Virus record (IMG/VR): IMGVR_UViG_3300013121_000023
Coordinates: 64,001 to 128,000 of that record
DNA from: a virus
Taxonomy: Duplodnaviria; Caudoviricetes
Length of the DNA: 64,000 bases
Strand: one strand, 5' to 3'
Part shown: positions 8,404-18,024 of the stretch, in pieces
Position numbering within the stretch: position 1 is the first letter of the stretch
How the letters are laid out: every line of letters begins with the position of its first letter
Made by a program: the position numbers and the translations under genes
The notes under the pieces: generated by a model
Told to the model about the DNA's origin: nothing
The model's database searches: none
The model's input: only the letters and a program-made list of their open reading frames with translations

Positions 8404-10827
8404 ATGCGCAACAAGTTTAAGCTCGCCCTTGAGAAACTGGCCCTGAGCTACGACCCGTTCAACGTTCAGTACACGCCTGAACAGGAAGCGGCTCATGCTG
8501 CTAGACAACAGCATATACAGCAAAAGATGCAAGAGTCCGCATCTTCTCAAGCTAAACAGCTGGGTATGCGTACCGGTGCATTCAAGCAGATGGTTGTCGG
8601 AAATGTGTATGCACCACCGCAATCGCAGCCCGCTACTCCGCAGCGAAGTGTTGCCCCTACAATAGCTATGACGCAGCAGATGCCAGCGCAGAGTGCCCCT
8701 ACTTTGGTTGGTTCTCCTGTTGGTCACACGCAGATGCCGACCAACCCTGGCTCTCCCAGGATGACTCAGGCGGCTCCCGCGCAGGTAAAACCTTCTGCGG
8801 TACCTCTAGGTTATGACCCCAACCAAAAGGGTCCGATTGGTAGGGCAACAGGTGGCACTGCTAACAATCCGCAGCAACCGGTTGCTACCCCACAAAGAGC
8901 GCCTGCTGCGGCTAATACTGCCGCCACAGCAGTACAACAGCCTCCAGTAGCAAGACCTGCTGCCAATACAGCTGCTACAGCAGTACAGCCAGTACCCTCA
9001 GCTGGGGCTGCAACGCCTACTATGCAAAGCCCAGTAGCTCAACCACAGTCTACTGCACCGCCTGCCTCTTCAAATAGGACGGCTAGGGGTACAGTTATGA
9101 TGCAGGCTGCGCAACCCCCATCACCCGCTCCTGCCCCTACTCCCGTTGCAAAGCCTATGGGTCGCGGCGGCACGATGATGATGTCGGCTATGGCGCCCCC
9201 TACTATGAGGTCCAAGTTTGCGGAAGCTCTTAGTAAAATAGCTGGCTGGTTGCCACATCCTTTTGTACTTCATTCTACCCCAGACCAGTTGGAGGCGTTC
9301 TTGGTAGATATGGGCAGTGGTAAGACGCCCACTCTTCTACCAGGTATGTCTGCGTCAATGACGCCCGAAGAAATGGCAACTATTAGGGGTGACGCAAAAA
9401 GATTTCATATCCAAAACAAAGTGAGAGATATAAGAGCAAGTCAGCCGGCAGTTGCACAGATGTCAGCCCCACGTACAGAAAGCACTGGTAGAAACCTTGG
9501 TGCGGTGGACCTGGCTAAAGCAAATGCAGAAACAGTACAAACACAACCGTCTGTACCGCCACCACCGCAGTCGATGACGGCTTCGGGCATTAAACCGCCG
9601 GCTAGGGTGTTTAAACCGAATTTGAGTGTACCAGCTAGTCAGGCTGCTCCACCTGCCAGGGCTCCTATGATGGACCCTAGATTGCTTGCCATGAGATCTC
9701 CTACAAGCGTGAAGGTTGGTTCTGACTTGAGCACCAATGATAAGTGTGTAGCCGGTACACAACCTACTGGTAACGAACACCCCAATCCCCTACCAGACAC
9801 TCAGCAGAACTACAGCAAAACACGCTTGTTTAGCAACAGCGTAGAAGATGCTGGAGATGAGCTAATCAAGAAGCGTTTGCGTGAGATGTTTAGTAACGCG
9901 GACGAATCAAAGGCTCATGACGAAGACGTACTTAAGCACTACTTCCCAGATATTGATTCCGGTAAGTATGTACGTAGGTCTCGTAGTTTGTTTGAGGCTG
10001 TCGGTCACGTAATGCCGAAGCCTTTATCTGTTATAAGAGCGTCAAGGAGGCATGTCATGGATGATGAGCATCAAGCGCCACTAGACGCTTTTCTGAGCAA
10101 ACAACAGAGCCATCATAGTAAAGGTCACGAGCTTCATAAGCAGTGGGTTTCGTCTGGCCATAAACCAGAGTTCTTTGACCCACTGCTGAATCATTACAAA
10201 AAAGTAGAAGACCAACTGGTAGCTAAGTATAGAAAACCTAATGTGCCTGAATCAGCAATGAGAGAGCATTATCGCTCCCTAGCCTATCAGGCAGCAAAGG
10301 GTTTCGACCCCAACAGAGGGATCAATCTGGAAACCGTGCTACACCACCACGGTAAAGGTTTGTACAGATTTTCTAATCAGCACAACGATATGCTCAGGAA
10401 AGTAGAAGAAAATGAAAGGCTTGTTGGACCAGTCCAGCAGGCCATTCAGTTCTTCCAGAATGAGCGCGGCAGAGAGCCTACGGCACATGAGTTGGCGACC
10501 CACCTTGGCAAACCAGTACGCCAGGTTATGCGCGCCATGAAGGACGCTACCAGACGAGAGGTGGCTGCTTCTGCCTTTGAGCAAGACCCGATGGAGAGGG
10601 TGCCATCTCGGTTCTTTGAAGTTGAGGAGTTGGTTCGCATGTCGAATCCTCCCCTTCTCAACGAGAGAGAAATGGCGCTGATGAATCATCTGACAGGGCA
10701 CGGATTTGAATCACCTATCCAGCAAACGGGCGCTATAGCCAAGTCAATGGGCATTACAGATTCGGCTGTATCTAAACTTAGAAAAGCGCTACAAAAGAAG
10801 ATAGATAGGTTCGGCTCCGACGAATGA
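8404..10827 (+). CDS. Pro/Gln/Ala-rich K-x-A protein fused in frame to a C-terminal sigma-70-family domain
   Basis: 807-aa ORF; repeated leader MRNKFKLALEKLA / MRSKFAEALSKIA; sigma regions 2-4 in the last ~250 aa. Confidence 0.75.
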   Translation: MRNKFKLALEKLALSYDPFNVQYTPEQEAAHAARQQHIQQKMQESASSQAKQLGMRTGAFKQMVVGNVYAPPQSQPATPQRSVAPTIAMTQQMPAQSAPTLVGSPVGHTQMPTNPGSPRMTQAAPAQVKPSAVPLGYDPNQKGPIGRATGGTANNPQQPVATPQRAPAAANTAATAVQQPPVARPAANTAATAVQPVPSAGAATPTMQSPVAQPQSTAPPASSNRTARGTVMMQAAQPPSPAPAPTPVAKPMGRGGTMMMSAMAPPTMRSKFAEALSKIAGWLPHPFVLHSTPDQLEAFLVDMGSGKTPTLLPGMSASMTPEEMATIRGDAKRFHIQNKVRDIRASQPAVAQMSAPRTESTGRNLGAVDLAKANAETVQTQPSVPPPPQSMTASGIKPPARVFKPNLSVPASQAAPPARAPMMDPRLLAMRSPTSVKVGSDLSTNDKCVAGTQPTGNEHPNPLPDTQQNYSKTRLFSNSVEDAGDELIKKRLREMFSNADESKAHDEDVLKHYFPDIDSGKYVRRSRSLFEAVGHVMPKPLSVIRASRRHVMDDEHQAPLDAFLSKQQSHHSKGHELHKQWVSSGHKPEFFDPLLNHYKKVEDQLVAKYRKPNVPESAMREHYRSLAYQAAKGFDPNRGINLETVLHHHGKGLYRFSNQHNDMLRKVEENERLVGPVQQAIQFFQNERGREPTAHELATHLGKPVRQVMRAMKDATRREVAASAFEQDPMERVPSRFFEVEELVRMSNPPLLNEREMALMNHLTGHGFESPIQQTGAIAKSMGITDSAVSKLRKALQKKIDRFGSDE
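10033..10050 (+). promoter_or_regulatory. nested ATAAGA promoter motif plus Shine-Dalgarno for the sigma factor
   Basis: GTTATAAGA-GCGTCA-AGGAGG-N6-ATG. Confidence 0.6.
10057..10827 (+). CDS. RNA polymerase sigma factor, FliA/WhiG-like (nested internal start)
   Basis: Region 2 AAKGFDPNRG, region 3 GREPTAHELATHLG, region 4 LNERE...IAKSMGITDSAVSKLR; AGGAGG at 10045-10050, 6 nt before in-frame ATG. Confidence 0.8.
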   Translation: MDDEHQAPLDAFLSKQQSHHSKGHELHKQWVSSGHKPEFFDPLLNHYKKVEDQLVAKYRKPNVPESAMREHYRSLAYQAAKGFDPNRGINLETVLHHHGKGLYRFSNQHNDMLRKVEENERLVGPVQQAIQFFQNERGREPTAHELATHLGKPVRQVMRAMKDATRREVAASAFEQDPMERVPSRFFEVEELVRMSNPPLLNEREMALMNHLTGHGFESPIQQTGAIAKSMGITDSAVSKLRKALQKKIDRFGSDE

Positions 10828-10842
10828 TGCTAAACTCGGCTC

Positions 10843-11127
10843 ATGTCGAGCCGAGACGAAAAGCTAAATGAACTGGAAAAAGCCGTAACAGAATGGGCGG
10901 CTAAAACCAGAGATTTGTATAAGAGGCAAGCTTCTCTAGCTAAATCGGTCATAAAAGGCCGAACAGGCTCAGAGAGGCTTGCCTCTTCTGCATTGGACAA
11001 GACAGAAAAAATTGTTCTGGACGAACTAGACGAATTGTTTATATCTTCCGACTTATGGACAAACTGTCTACAGAAGATCTACTTCGTCTTCAAAACGCCC
11101 AACTTCGCGTTCAAAACGCTGAATTGA
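10843..11127 (+). CDS. hypothetical helical protein, leaderless
   Basis: TGC-TAAACT-N6-ATG. Confidence 0.6.
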   Translation: MSSRDEKLNELEKAVTEWAAKTRDLYKRQASLAKSVIKGRTGSERLASSALDKTEKIVLDELDELFISSDLWTNCLQKIYFVFKTPNFAFKTLN

Positions 11128-11342
11128 CTCTGAACATCGCCAAGAATGCTCACGAAAGCGAGTGCGAGCAGTTGAAGGCAGTTGCTACTGAGTTGGCTAG
11201 TAAATATGGGTTTTCTTGGGAAAAGGTTAGAATAGATGGCAAAACAGGTGCTCTGATGAGCATCCAACCGCCTATCAGGGATATAAAAAGCGTCTTGGCT
11301 CCACATATCCCCCCAAAGGCAGATAGCGAACCGGCACAATGA
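11055..11342 (+). CDS. hypothetical coiled-coil protein
   Basis: ORF coupled to the next gene (ATGA). Confidence 0.55.
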   Translation: MDKLSTEDLLRLQNAQLRVQNAELTLNIAKNAHESECEQLKAVATELASKYGFSWEKVRIDGKTGALMSIQPPIRDIKSVLAPHIPPKADSEPAQ

Positions 11343-12292
11343 CAGCTGCGCTCACCACCCTGGGAAACAGAGTAGACCTTGTTCTTTACCTACCCGATGA
11401 AGATTGGGCAGGTAAATACAACGCTATAGAAGTTCAGCGGTCCAGATACGGTAACGGTTTGTATGAGTCGCTGCATGGCAGCACTTACACATCACCGTCC
11501 TTCAAGACTACACTGACTTCGAATAATGTGTCGGGTAAGTATCTTGAACTTCTTGTTGATGAGACACATAAAGTATCTCTCACATTTACAGGTACCAACC
11601 CACTGACTGTTTCTCAGATGGTGAGCCAGGTGAATACTGCTGGCGCTGGCTTGGTTACAGCGTCTGCCATAGATTCATCTACTTTTGAGGTGAAAGCCAA
11701 CAACGTAGGCATGAATACCACCATGCGAGTAAACGGCGGTGAGGCTGCCGCTCTACTAGGGCTCCCTCTTGAAGAACCGGACTCTTTGGCTTTTGGTAAA
11801 GATCTGTATAAAACAGTATCTACCAAAACTGAAGTTGTAGATCTGTACGGTGGTAGATCTACAACAACATATCGGTTCAGATATGTAAACACTTTGGATG
11901 GCTCTTTCAGTGAATGGTCACAAGATATTACTAAATCCAACTCTAAAAAAGCCATGGATAACCTAGTGGTAGGTTATCTGAAAGCTATTGATGGGTTTGG
12001 TAGACCCATAGCCAATAACCCTATTATCATAGAAACATTTACGGCTTCTACGTCTCATTACGATATTTCTAATGGTAGAGAGCGATTTGTTACAGATGAA
12101 GATGGTAATTTCGAAACTACGTTCATAAAAGGCAGTAGAGCGCATATAGCTGTAACTGGAACTGACATAGTTAGAATGATTTTGGTACCGAGCGACATAG
12201 ATAGATTCGATCTGCTTAGCCCGGATTATAGTGTTGATAGCGATAGGTTCAGTGTCGCGAAAGCACCAAGGGACTATGCCCAAAGAAGATAG
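11339..12292 (+). CDS. virion structural protein
   Basis: Beta-rich Thr/Ser/Gly sequence with GGEAAALLGL sheath/fibre-like motif. Confidence 0.55.
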   Translation: MTAALTTLGNRVDLVLYLPDEDWAGKYNAIEVQRSRYGNGLYESLHGSTYTSPSFKTTLTSNNVSGKYLELLVDETHKVSLTFTGTNPLTVSQMVSQVNTAGAGLVTASAIDSSTFEVKANNVGMNTTMRVNGGEAAALLGLPLEEPDSLAFGKDLYKTVSTKTEVVDLYGGRSTTTYRFRYVNTLDGSFSEWSQDITKSNSKKAMDNLVVGYLKAIDGFGRPIANNPIIIETFTASTSHYDISNGRERFVTDEDGNFETTFIKGSRAHIAVTGTDIVRMILVPSDIDRFDLLSPDYSVDSDRFSVAKAPRDYAQRR

Positions 12293-12560
12293 ATCTAGTG
12301 TATGGCTGGTTTACACTTCCGATGTAGGGGGACGTGTAACTAAAGAACGTACTTGGTGCAAAGGACTGAACTTGCACACGTTCATAGCCGAAAACAGACT
12401 CGATGATTTGCTAAAGACCTGTGTACCGCATCTTCATGACGGAAGAAAGCTGGTCATGGCGTATGAGCTTAACCCATACGATACCGTTACAATGGTTCGA
12501 GTGAGGTGGTTATGGCATCCTATGAACCAGTTGACGTTTTCGTACTTGAGAAGCACGTAA
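12276..12560 (+). CDS. hypothetical protein
   Basis: ORF filling the gap; AAGGGA upstream. Confidence 0.4.
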   Translation: MPKEDRSSVWLVYTSDVGGRVTKERTWCKGLNLHTFIAENRLDDLLKTCVPHLHDGRKLVMAYELNPYDTVTMVRVRWLWHPMNQLTFSYLRST

Positions 12561-13384
12561 ACACAGCCCTAACCAACGTTCTGGTTAGGGTGCTGTCCAA
12601 CGGCGCTTTCTATACGGAAGCTACTACAGACGTGGATGGCAAAGTTTCTTTTTTGCTACCGAGTAACCAAACCTTTGAGTTGAGGTTCGGTAAGAGCCAG
12701 GTAACCTTTGTAAATCCGCTGTTTATAGAGGTACTGGAAAACGTAACTAACTCATTCGAGGTCTTTGGTGTTTCTTGGGTACGACCTATAGCGGCAGACC
12801 CAGATTTTTGTAGGGTTTCTGGTTACTTCATAGGCGCTGACGGTAAGCCTGCGTCTGGCGCTGTCATACATGTAAATGTCAAGTACCTTCCTTTGCTACT
12901 GCGAGACAAGTATGTAATGAAGGGTATTACTGCTGTCACAGATAAAAACGGGTATGCCGAATTTGATTTGATTCGGTGTGCTTATTTTGATGTGACTGTA
13001 TCTGGTGCGTCGGATATGGTTAGGCATATATCCGTACCAGATGCGCCCAGTTGTAACCTACCAGATTTGCTTTTCCCCAAGATTGCCAAGGTCATTCTTG
13101 ACCCTGTATCTTTGGGCATTTCTGTTGGTTCTGAGGCCGATTTCACTCCTACAGTGCAAACTACTGACGGCCGAATACTGCCCGGTACTGCACAGGATGA
13201 TGTGCAATGGTCGATAGCAGACACAGGGATAGCTGTCATATCAGCTCTGACAGACACGCTACTAAAGGTAAAGGGAATAGCCGCTGGCACGACCTCGATA
13301 ATCGCCAAGAGGAGGGACGAGACAGTGGTGGCCTACCCAATTCAATCCGTGACCATAGTGGGAGGGGGGATAATAGTGACATAA
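12506..13384 (+). CDS. Ig-like (Big_2) / carboxypeptidase-regulatory-like domain virion protein
   Basis: TTDVDGKVSF, TDKNGYAEF; C-terminal VQWSIADTGIA...VKGIAAGTTSI. Confidence 0.65.
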   Translation: MVMASYEPVDVFVLEKHVNTALTNVLVRVLSNGAFYTEATTDVDGKVSFLLPSNQTFELRFGKSQVTFVNPLFIEVLENVTNSFEVFGVSWVRPIAADPDFCRVSGYFIGADGKPASGAVIHVNVKYLPLLLRDKYVMKGITAVTDKNGYAEFDLIRCAYFDVTVSGASDMVRHISVPDAPSCNLPDLLFPKIAKVILDPVSLGISVGSEADFTPTVQTTDGRILPGTAQDDVQWSIADTGIAVISALTDTLLKVKGIAAGTTSIIAKRRDETVVAYPIQSVTIVGGGIIVT

Positions 13385-13818
13385 ATGGGGATGGTTGGAG
13401 GCTGCTACTTTTCGAGATATTGAGAAGAGCGGTTTATGATTGGGTTCTTTACCGAACGAATAAAAGCCAGAAGAAACGAAAGGTAGCAGCTGCTGCCTTT
13501 CAATGGCTATTTAAAGAAGAGCCTGGACATCCAGCGTATGATGAGGAAGTGAGAAATGGCACAGAGATCACTTCCTTTCTGTCTATTTGTGACGCCCTCG
13601 ATATGGCGCCATCTGCTGTTCGTAGAGACGTATCTAAACTAGTAGCAAAAGACATACTTAACGCAGGCAGACCTCCTGAACATAGGAAAATAAAGGAAGA
13701 GTCTGTTGGCGATTTCGATTCGGCGCTGCTTAGATATCTAGTTGAGACACACAGAGACTACGCCATCGTTGTTGATGAAGACGAAGCTTCAGTAAAAGAC
13801 ATTTTATTTATGGTATAA
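13207..13818 (+). CDS. phage hypothetical protein, possible regulator (true start likely near 13380)
   Basis: LLFEILRRAVYD...WLF...FLSICDALDMAP pattern; 5' part overlaps the upstream gene. Confidence 0.55.
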   Translation: MVDSRHRDSCHISSDRHATKGKGNSRWHDLDNRQEEGRDSGGLPNSIRDHSGRGDNSDINGDGWRLLLFEILRRAVYDWVLYRTNKSQKKRKVAAAAFQWLFKEEPGHPAYDEEVRNGTEITSFLSICDALDMAPSAVRRDVSKLVAKDILNAGRPPEHRKIKEESVGDFDSALLRYLVETHRDYAIVVDEDEASVKDILFMV

Positions 13819-13826
13819 GAGCTGTG

Positions 13827-14549
13827 ATGAACAGCTCTTTGTCCGCTTTCGTAGCAATGAGAGCGTATGAGCGAATCATCAGATGTGGTTGGCTTTCCAA
13901 TGGTATGGACGCCGTTGACGCCAACGGTAGGTTCGTAGAAGCATCTGATGAAAGTGCTGTGAAGTGGAGTTACCACGGTGCGCTCTCAAAGGAGTGTTGT
14001 GACCTAGGATTGTCCTCTATGGAGGTATTTAACTTCCTAGGGGCGTTCTTGAAAGAAGATGTAGACGACGCTGGTCTACGATGGAGTGGGAGGTGGAGGC
14101 TAGCAAATGCCGAGGACAAGGCGGATACTGTATACATACACATATTCGTTTATAGGATACTGTTTTTGGCTGTCGATGCAGCCAGTTTGGAGGTAAGCGT
14201 GGATAAGGAAAGAGAAAGGGCTTCTGAGATAATCAGAGGAATGTTTCGTCTATTTGCGGAGGACGAAGCGCTATGGTGCCGAGATGGAGCAGTTGCTAGG
14301 GATTTCTCTGGTAGAGGAACCTGCCCCAAGAGCGCGGCATCTTGGAGTGTACTGGGAGCCCTGTGGCTCTTTGACCAGTGCAGCAGTGACGTTCTATCTC
14401 CAGCTGGGTGGATGGCCTACCACGCGCTGCGTGGAGAGGGCCCAACGGCGCAACCCAATTCCCCACCAGTTGGGGACATAGATCGCTACCTGACTTACGA
14501 AGGCCTGTTGGCCTATCTTATTGAAGCAATAGATAGGATAGAGCAATGA
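13827..14549 (+). CDS. DUF6197-like protein with two internal repeats, leaderless
   Basis: GW...AVDANG...AVKWSYHGAL and W...ARDFSG...AASWSVLGAL; ATAAGA-N6-ATG. Confidence 0.5.
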   Translation: MNSSLSAFVAMRAYERIIRCGWLSNGMDAVDANGRFVEASDESAVKWSYHGALSKECCDLGLSSMEVFNFLGAFLKEDVDDAGLRWSGRWRLANAEDKADTVYIHIFVYRILFLAVDAASLEVSVDKERERASEIIRGMFRLFAEDEALWCRDGAVARDFSGRGTCPKSAASWSVLGALWLFDQCSSDVLSPAGWMAYHALRGEGPTAQPNSPPVGDIDRYLTYEGLLAYLIEAIDRIEQ

Positions 14550-14875
14550 TTCTTCAGACTCCGATTACATCAAAAAACAATACCGTAGTACTGATATACA
14601 TACCTAGAACATTCAAAGACTGGCAGTTGTACGACAAAACAGGTTCTGCTAAATTGGCACATAGTTTGTACAAAGGTACGGTTACTTTCTATACGCAATG
14701 CCTTAATAAAGCTGAAAGGGTTAACGGTGTATCCAAGAAAGAAGTAGAAAACATGGCAGCTAAATACATTTTGAAGAAAATGGAAAAAGGTGCAGATCTT
14801 GGAGCAATGGACACAGAGCCTCTGTGTGTGCTGAATAGCATTCTATCTGATGCTTTGAAGCGTTTTGTAATCTGA
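14546..14875 (+). CDS. hypothetical protein
   Basis: Coupled ORF. Confidence 0.55.
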   Translation: MILQTPITSKNNTVVLIYIPRTFKDWQLYDKTGSAKLAHSLYKGTVTFYTQCLNKAERVNGVSKKEVENMAAKYILKKMEKGADLGAMDTEPLCVLNSILSDALKRFVI

Positions 14876-14884
14876 GGAGACGCC

Positions 14885-15556
14885 ATGAAAGTGATACTCA
14901 TCTGTGGAGCCGCCAGGTCTGGAAAAGATACGGCTGCTGATGCCATAATCCAAAACCAGACTAAATACAACGTGATAAAAATAGCACTGGCAGATCCCAT
15001 CAAGAGAATGGCCGCCGAAATATATGGTTGGCCGGTTGAATACGTATGGGAGAAGAAGGACGATCCAGACCCAGCTGGCCGAGTACTACCAGATGGGACA
15101 ATCCTTACTGGTAGAAAGGCTCTACAGATACTTGGTACTGAGGGGGCCAAGACAGTATACAAAGACGTATGGTCTGAGTACTTGAGTCGAAGTATATACG
15201 AACTGTCAAAACCAATGGTTGTCAACGGCGCATTTCTATATAAGCAGTACGACAAGTACAGAGGCATCCAGAAGTATCACTATGCTGAGCATGTTAAAGA
15301 GCCGATATTCATAGTGTCTGATGTACGTTATTTTGATGAGTACAAATACCTATCAGAACGGTTTACCGTATGCGTCCTTGAGATAAAGAGAAAGAAGAGA
15401 AAGAGCACCACAATAAATGGTGTAGCTGGTCATTCAAGTGAGAACTTGGATTGGCTGGAAACCGTAGAGAGGGTAACTATCAATAACAACGGCACAAAAA
15501 GTGATTTCGAAGAATCAGTTGTAACTACCGTGTCTACTTTCATGAGGTTGACGTGA
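14885..15556 (+). CDS. deoxynucleoside monophosphate kinase
   Basis: P-loop GAARSGKDT, ALADPIK, RKALQILGTE, VSDVRY, GHSSE (T4 gp1-like). Confidence 0.85.
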   Translation: MKVILICGAARSGKDTAADAIIQNQTKYNVIKIALADPIKRMAAEIYGWPVEYVWEKKDDPDPAGRVLPDGTILTGRKALQILGTEGAKTVYKDVWSEYLSRSIYELSKPMVVNGAFLYKQYDKYRGIQKYHYAEHVKEPIFIVSDVRYFDEYKYLSERFTVCVLEIKRKKRKSTTINGVAGHSSENLDWLETVERVTINNNGTKSDFEESVVTTVSTFMRLT

Positions 15557-15954
15557 GCGAGAAATATATAACCGTAAATGAAGCTAAAAATAAGCCCGTA
15601 TGGCTAGATGCTTTCTTTGAGAAAAACATAGACAGTTTTTGGCCAGCCATTAAAGTAATCATTGAAGATGTTAAAAACCCTCAGTTGTTTGTTGCGATGT
15701 TGGACAAGATACCGCCGTTGACCGTGGTAGAGATTGGTGAGCCTGGATTCGAAAGCTGTTTCATTGTTAGGCTACCGGTAGGTATTGATCAAAATGGCGC
15801 ATTTGTGTACCAAGTCACATGCTGCCCCAATGCGTGCAACACATTCAACATATCTGAAAATTCCATGAAGGTTTTGTACAGGCACCATAGTTTTCCTGTG
15901 GGAGTCATAAGCGACAGGTTTAAGGATGTCGTCCAACCGCAGACCTGTTCTTGA
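15553..15954 (+). CDS. hypothetical protein
   Basis: Coupled ORF (GTGA). Confidence 0.55.
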   Translation: MSEKYITVNEAKNKPVWLDAFFEKNIDSFWPAIKVIIEDVKNPQLFVAMLDKIPPLTVVEIGEPGFESCFIVRLPVGIDQNGAFVYQVTCCPNACNTFNISENSMKVLYRHHSFPVGVISDRFKDVVQPQTCS

Positions 15955-16168
15955 TGCTGCGCTTGTACGTGTAATAAACAACAATTGCACAATCATGGAA
16001 GTGCTTAGAAGCTTCACCTACGGGGATCATGTAGCCAACTCCTTGATGGTTTTGGCCTACCATGCCGAAGTAGGCATAGAAGGATTCGGAGCATGGGACG
16101 AAAGAGCGAACAGAGAGCAGAGGCTAGAGGTAATAAAAAAGGCTATAGACTCTGATTCTCAATGGTAG
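15926..16168 (+). CDS. hypothetical protein
   Basis: ORF followed by a hairpin. Confidence 0.45.
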   Translation: MSSNRRPVLDAALVRVINNNCTIMEVLRSFTYGDHVANSLMVLAYHAEVGIEGFGAWDERANREQRLEVIKKAIDSDSQW

Positions 16169-16172
16169 TTAC

Positions 16173-16192
16173 GGTCCCCCGAAAGGGGGACC
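16173..16192 (+). terminator. GC-rich hairpin terminator
   Basis: GGTCCCCC-GAAA-GGGGGACC; TTTTTAGCTACC at 16221. Confidence 0.6.
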
Positions 16193-16249
16193 ACCTATTA
16201 TAGCTACTTAGTTGTTTACTTTTTTAGCTACCTGTCGTACATATTTAGC

Positions 16250-16891
16250 ATGTCGTGGAAGAACAACTGGATAGTTATTGACACCGAAACAACTGGCCTC
16301 AGAGGTAGGGTGGTCGAAATAGCCATACTATCCTATAAAAACGGGATCATGACTGATATGTGGTCATCCGTAGTCAGGCCAGAAGTACCTATTGGTTCCG
16401 TGTCTGTTAAGCCCGTTGACTGGAATGATAGATCTGTAAAAGAAGCACTTTCTATCAACATGCTTTCTATGGATGTTATCCTAAAAGCTCCTATGTTCTG
16501 TGAGCTTATAGATGAGATATCCAGAAGAGTAGCAGATGCTGATGTCATTGTGGCGCACAACGCGCCATTTGACGTATGGCACTTGAACTACGAGTTCAGC
16601 ATATTGGGTATGAAGAACCCCATTGAGGAACACGATCTTGTAGTTGCGGATACTCTCATTTTGGATAAGCACCTAAATCCAAAAGTAAATAGGAAAAGAA
16701 AGCTAGCCTTTGTAGCAAAACACTATGGCATAAATATACACAAGACCCATGAGGCCGAATACGACGCCATGCTTTGTGGAGATATATTCAAGGCCATGCT
16801 AGAACATCTACCTGACGACGTAGACGAGTTTGCGTCTCTTCACGATCAACTCCGCAACAAACTAGGCTCAGAACATGACCGTAACTATTGA
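16250..16891 (+). CDS. DEDDh 3'-5' exonuclease (DNA Pol III epsilon-like)
   Basis: IDTETTG, VAHNAPFD, DTL, HEAEYDA. Confidence 0.9.
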   Translation: MSWKNNWIVIDTETTGLRGRVVEIAILSYKNGIMTDMWSSVVRPEVPIGSVSVKPVDWNDRSVKEALSINMLSMDVILKAPMFCELIDEISRRVADADVIVAHNAPFDVWHLNYEFSILGMKNPIEEHDLVVADTLILDKHLNPKVNRKRKLAFVAKHYGINIHKTHEAEYDAMLCGDIFKAMLEHLPDDVDEFASLHDQLRNKLGSEHDRNY

Positions 16892-18005
16892 TAATATAGG
16901 ATGGGGAACATATCAGAACTATGCAGGCCCTTGGTACAAGGGCAGCGTAGGACTCCCCGAAGTTACAAAGAGCAGCTCAGACAACAGTAAAATGTTGGCG
17001 GTAGTAACTGCCACAGAAGGTGGTAGGGCAGATGCTATCAACATGTATGATTCTTGTGTAGTATCTGTTGGCTACATACAGCTGTGCGGCAGTATATTCT
17101 TGGTTAACAAATTCCTATCATACGCTTTTAAAGCACTCGGGGAAGATCATGAGTCATTTACACCGCTAATAGAGCATTTGGGTTCTATAAATGCGAGCTG
17201 CACAAACGACACCTCTGGTTTTAACTTCATCAACAGCAACGGAAGCAAGGTAGACACTCTAGCGGAAGTACAAGAGTTCTTCTTGGGCTGTAACGGAAGA
17301 GCCAATAGCTGGGATGATTCTTCTAAGGCTTATGCAAAGAAATGGGCTGTAACACTCGCTTCTGTATTGGCGTCACCAATCGTACGAGATTTGCAGATAG
17401 ACTACGTTGGTAGGCGTCTACTTACATTTTGCATGCCTACTCCGCTAAAGGAGTTTATAAGCAACCCTAATCTAAACACGCCCATGCAAAGGGCTGCTAA
17501 GGCTGCTTATGTATCGTTTTCGGCCAACAACCCCAAGAAGGCCGAAGAGTCGTACGATAAGACCAATGCTCTAGGTACAACTAAGTTTTCTGATGCCTGG
17601 GTTATGGCCTTGCTCAAGACAATGACCTTTGGTCCTGGCATAGGTATCTACCCACATAGATACAACGCCATTAGGCCGGTACTTGAGAGATTGTATGGGG
17701 TAGATCTACCAGATTTTGCAAAAGACCTATCTGACGCGGTGATAAAATTTGATGCTTCTGTACCTGTAACTGGTTTTGATTTGACCAGTGTGACAGGTGT
17801 ACAGAAAGCACTTATTTACTTGGGGTATGATTTGGGGCCGAGTGGTGCTGATGGTGTTTATGGACCAAAAACAACAATGGCGCTCATACAACTATGTGAT
17901 GATAGAAAGATAAAAGATAGATGTAGTGTAGACCCGTATGAGCTACTTAAAAATGACGTGATGGTCGCTCTTTCTGATGCAGTAAATGAGAAGAATAAGA
18001 CATAA
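16875..18005 (+). CDS. endolysin: lysozyme-like domain plus C-terminal peptidoglycan-binding domain
   Basis: TEGGRADAINMYD...VSVGYIQ; VQKALIYLGYDLGPSGADGVYGPKT. Confidence 0.75.
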   Translation: MTVTIDNIGWGTYQNYAGPWYKGSVGLPEVTKSSSDNSKMLAVVTATEGGRADAINMYDSCVVSVGYIQLCGSIFLVNKFLSYAFKALGEDHESFTPLIEHLGSINASCTNDTSGFNFINSNGSKVDTLAEVQEFFLGCNGRANSWDDSSKAYAKKWAVTLASVLASPIVRDLQIDYVGRRLLTFCMPTPLKEFISNPNLNTPMQRAAKAAYVSFSANNPKKAEESYDKTNALGTTKFSDAWVMALLKTMTFGPGIGIYPHRYNAIRPVLERLYGVDLPDFAKDLSDAVIKFDASVPVTGFDLTSVTGVQKALIYLGYDLGPSGADGVYGPKTTMALIQLCDDRKIKDRCSVDPYELLKNDVMVALSDAVNEKNKT

Positions 18006-18024
18006 GAGGTAAGAGGGTCTATAA

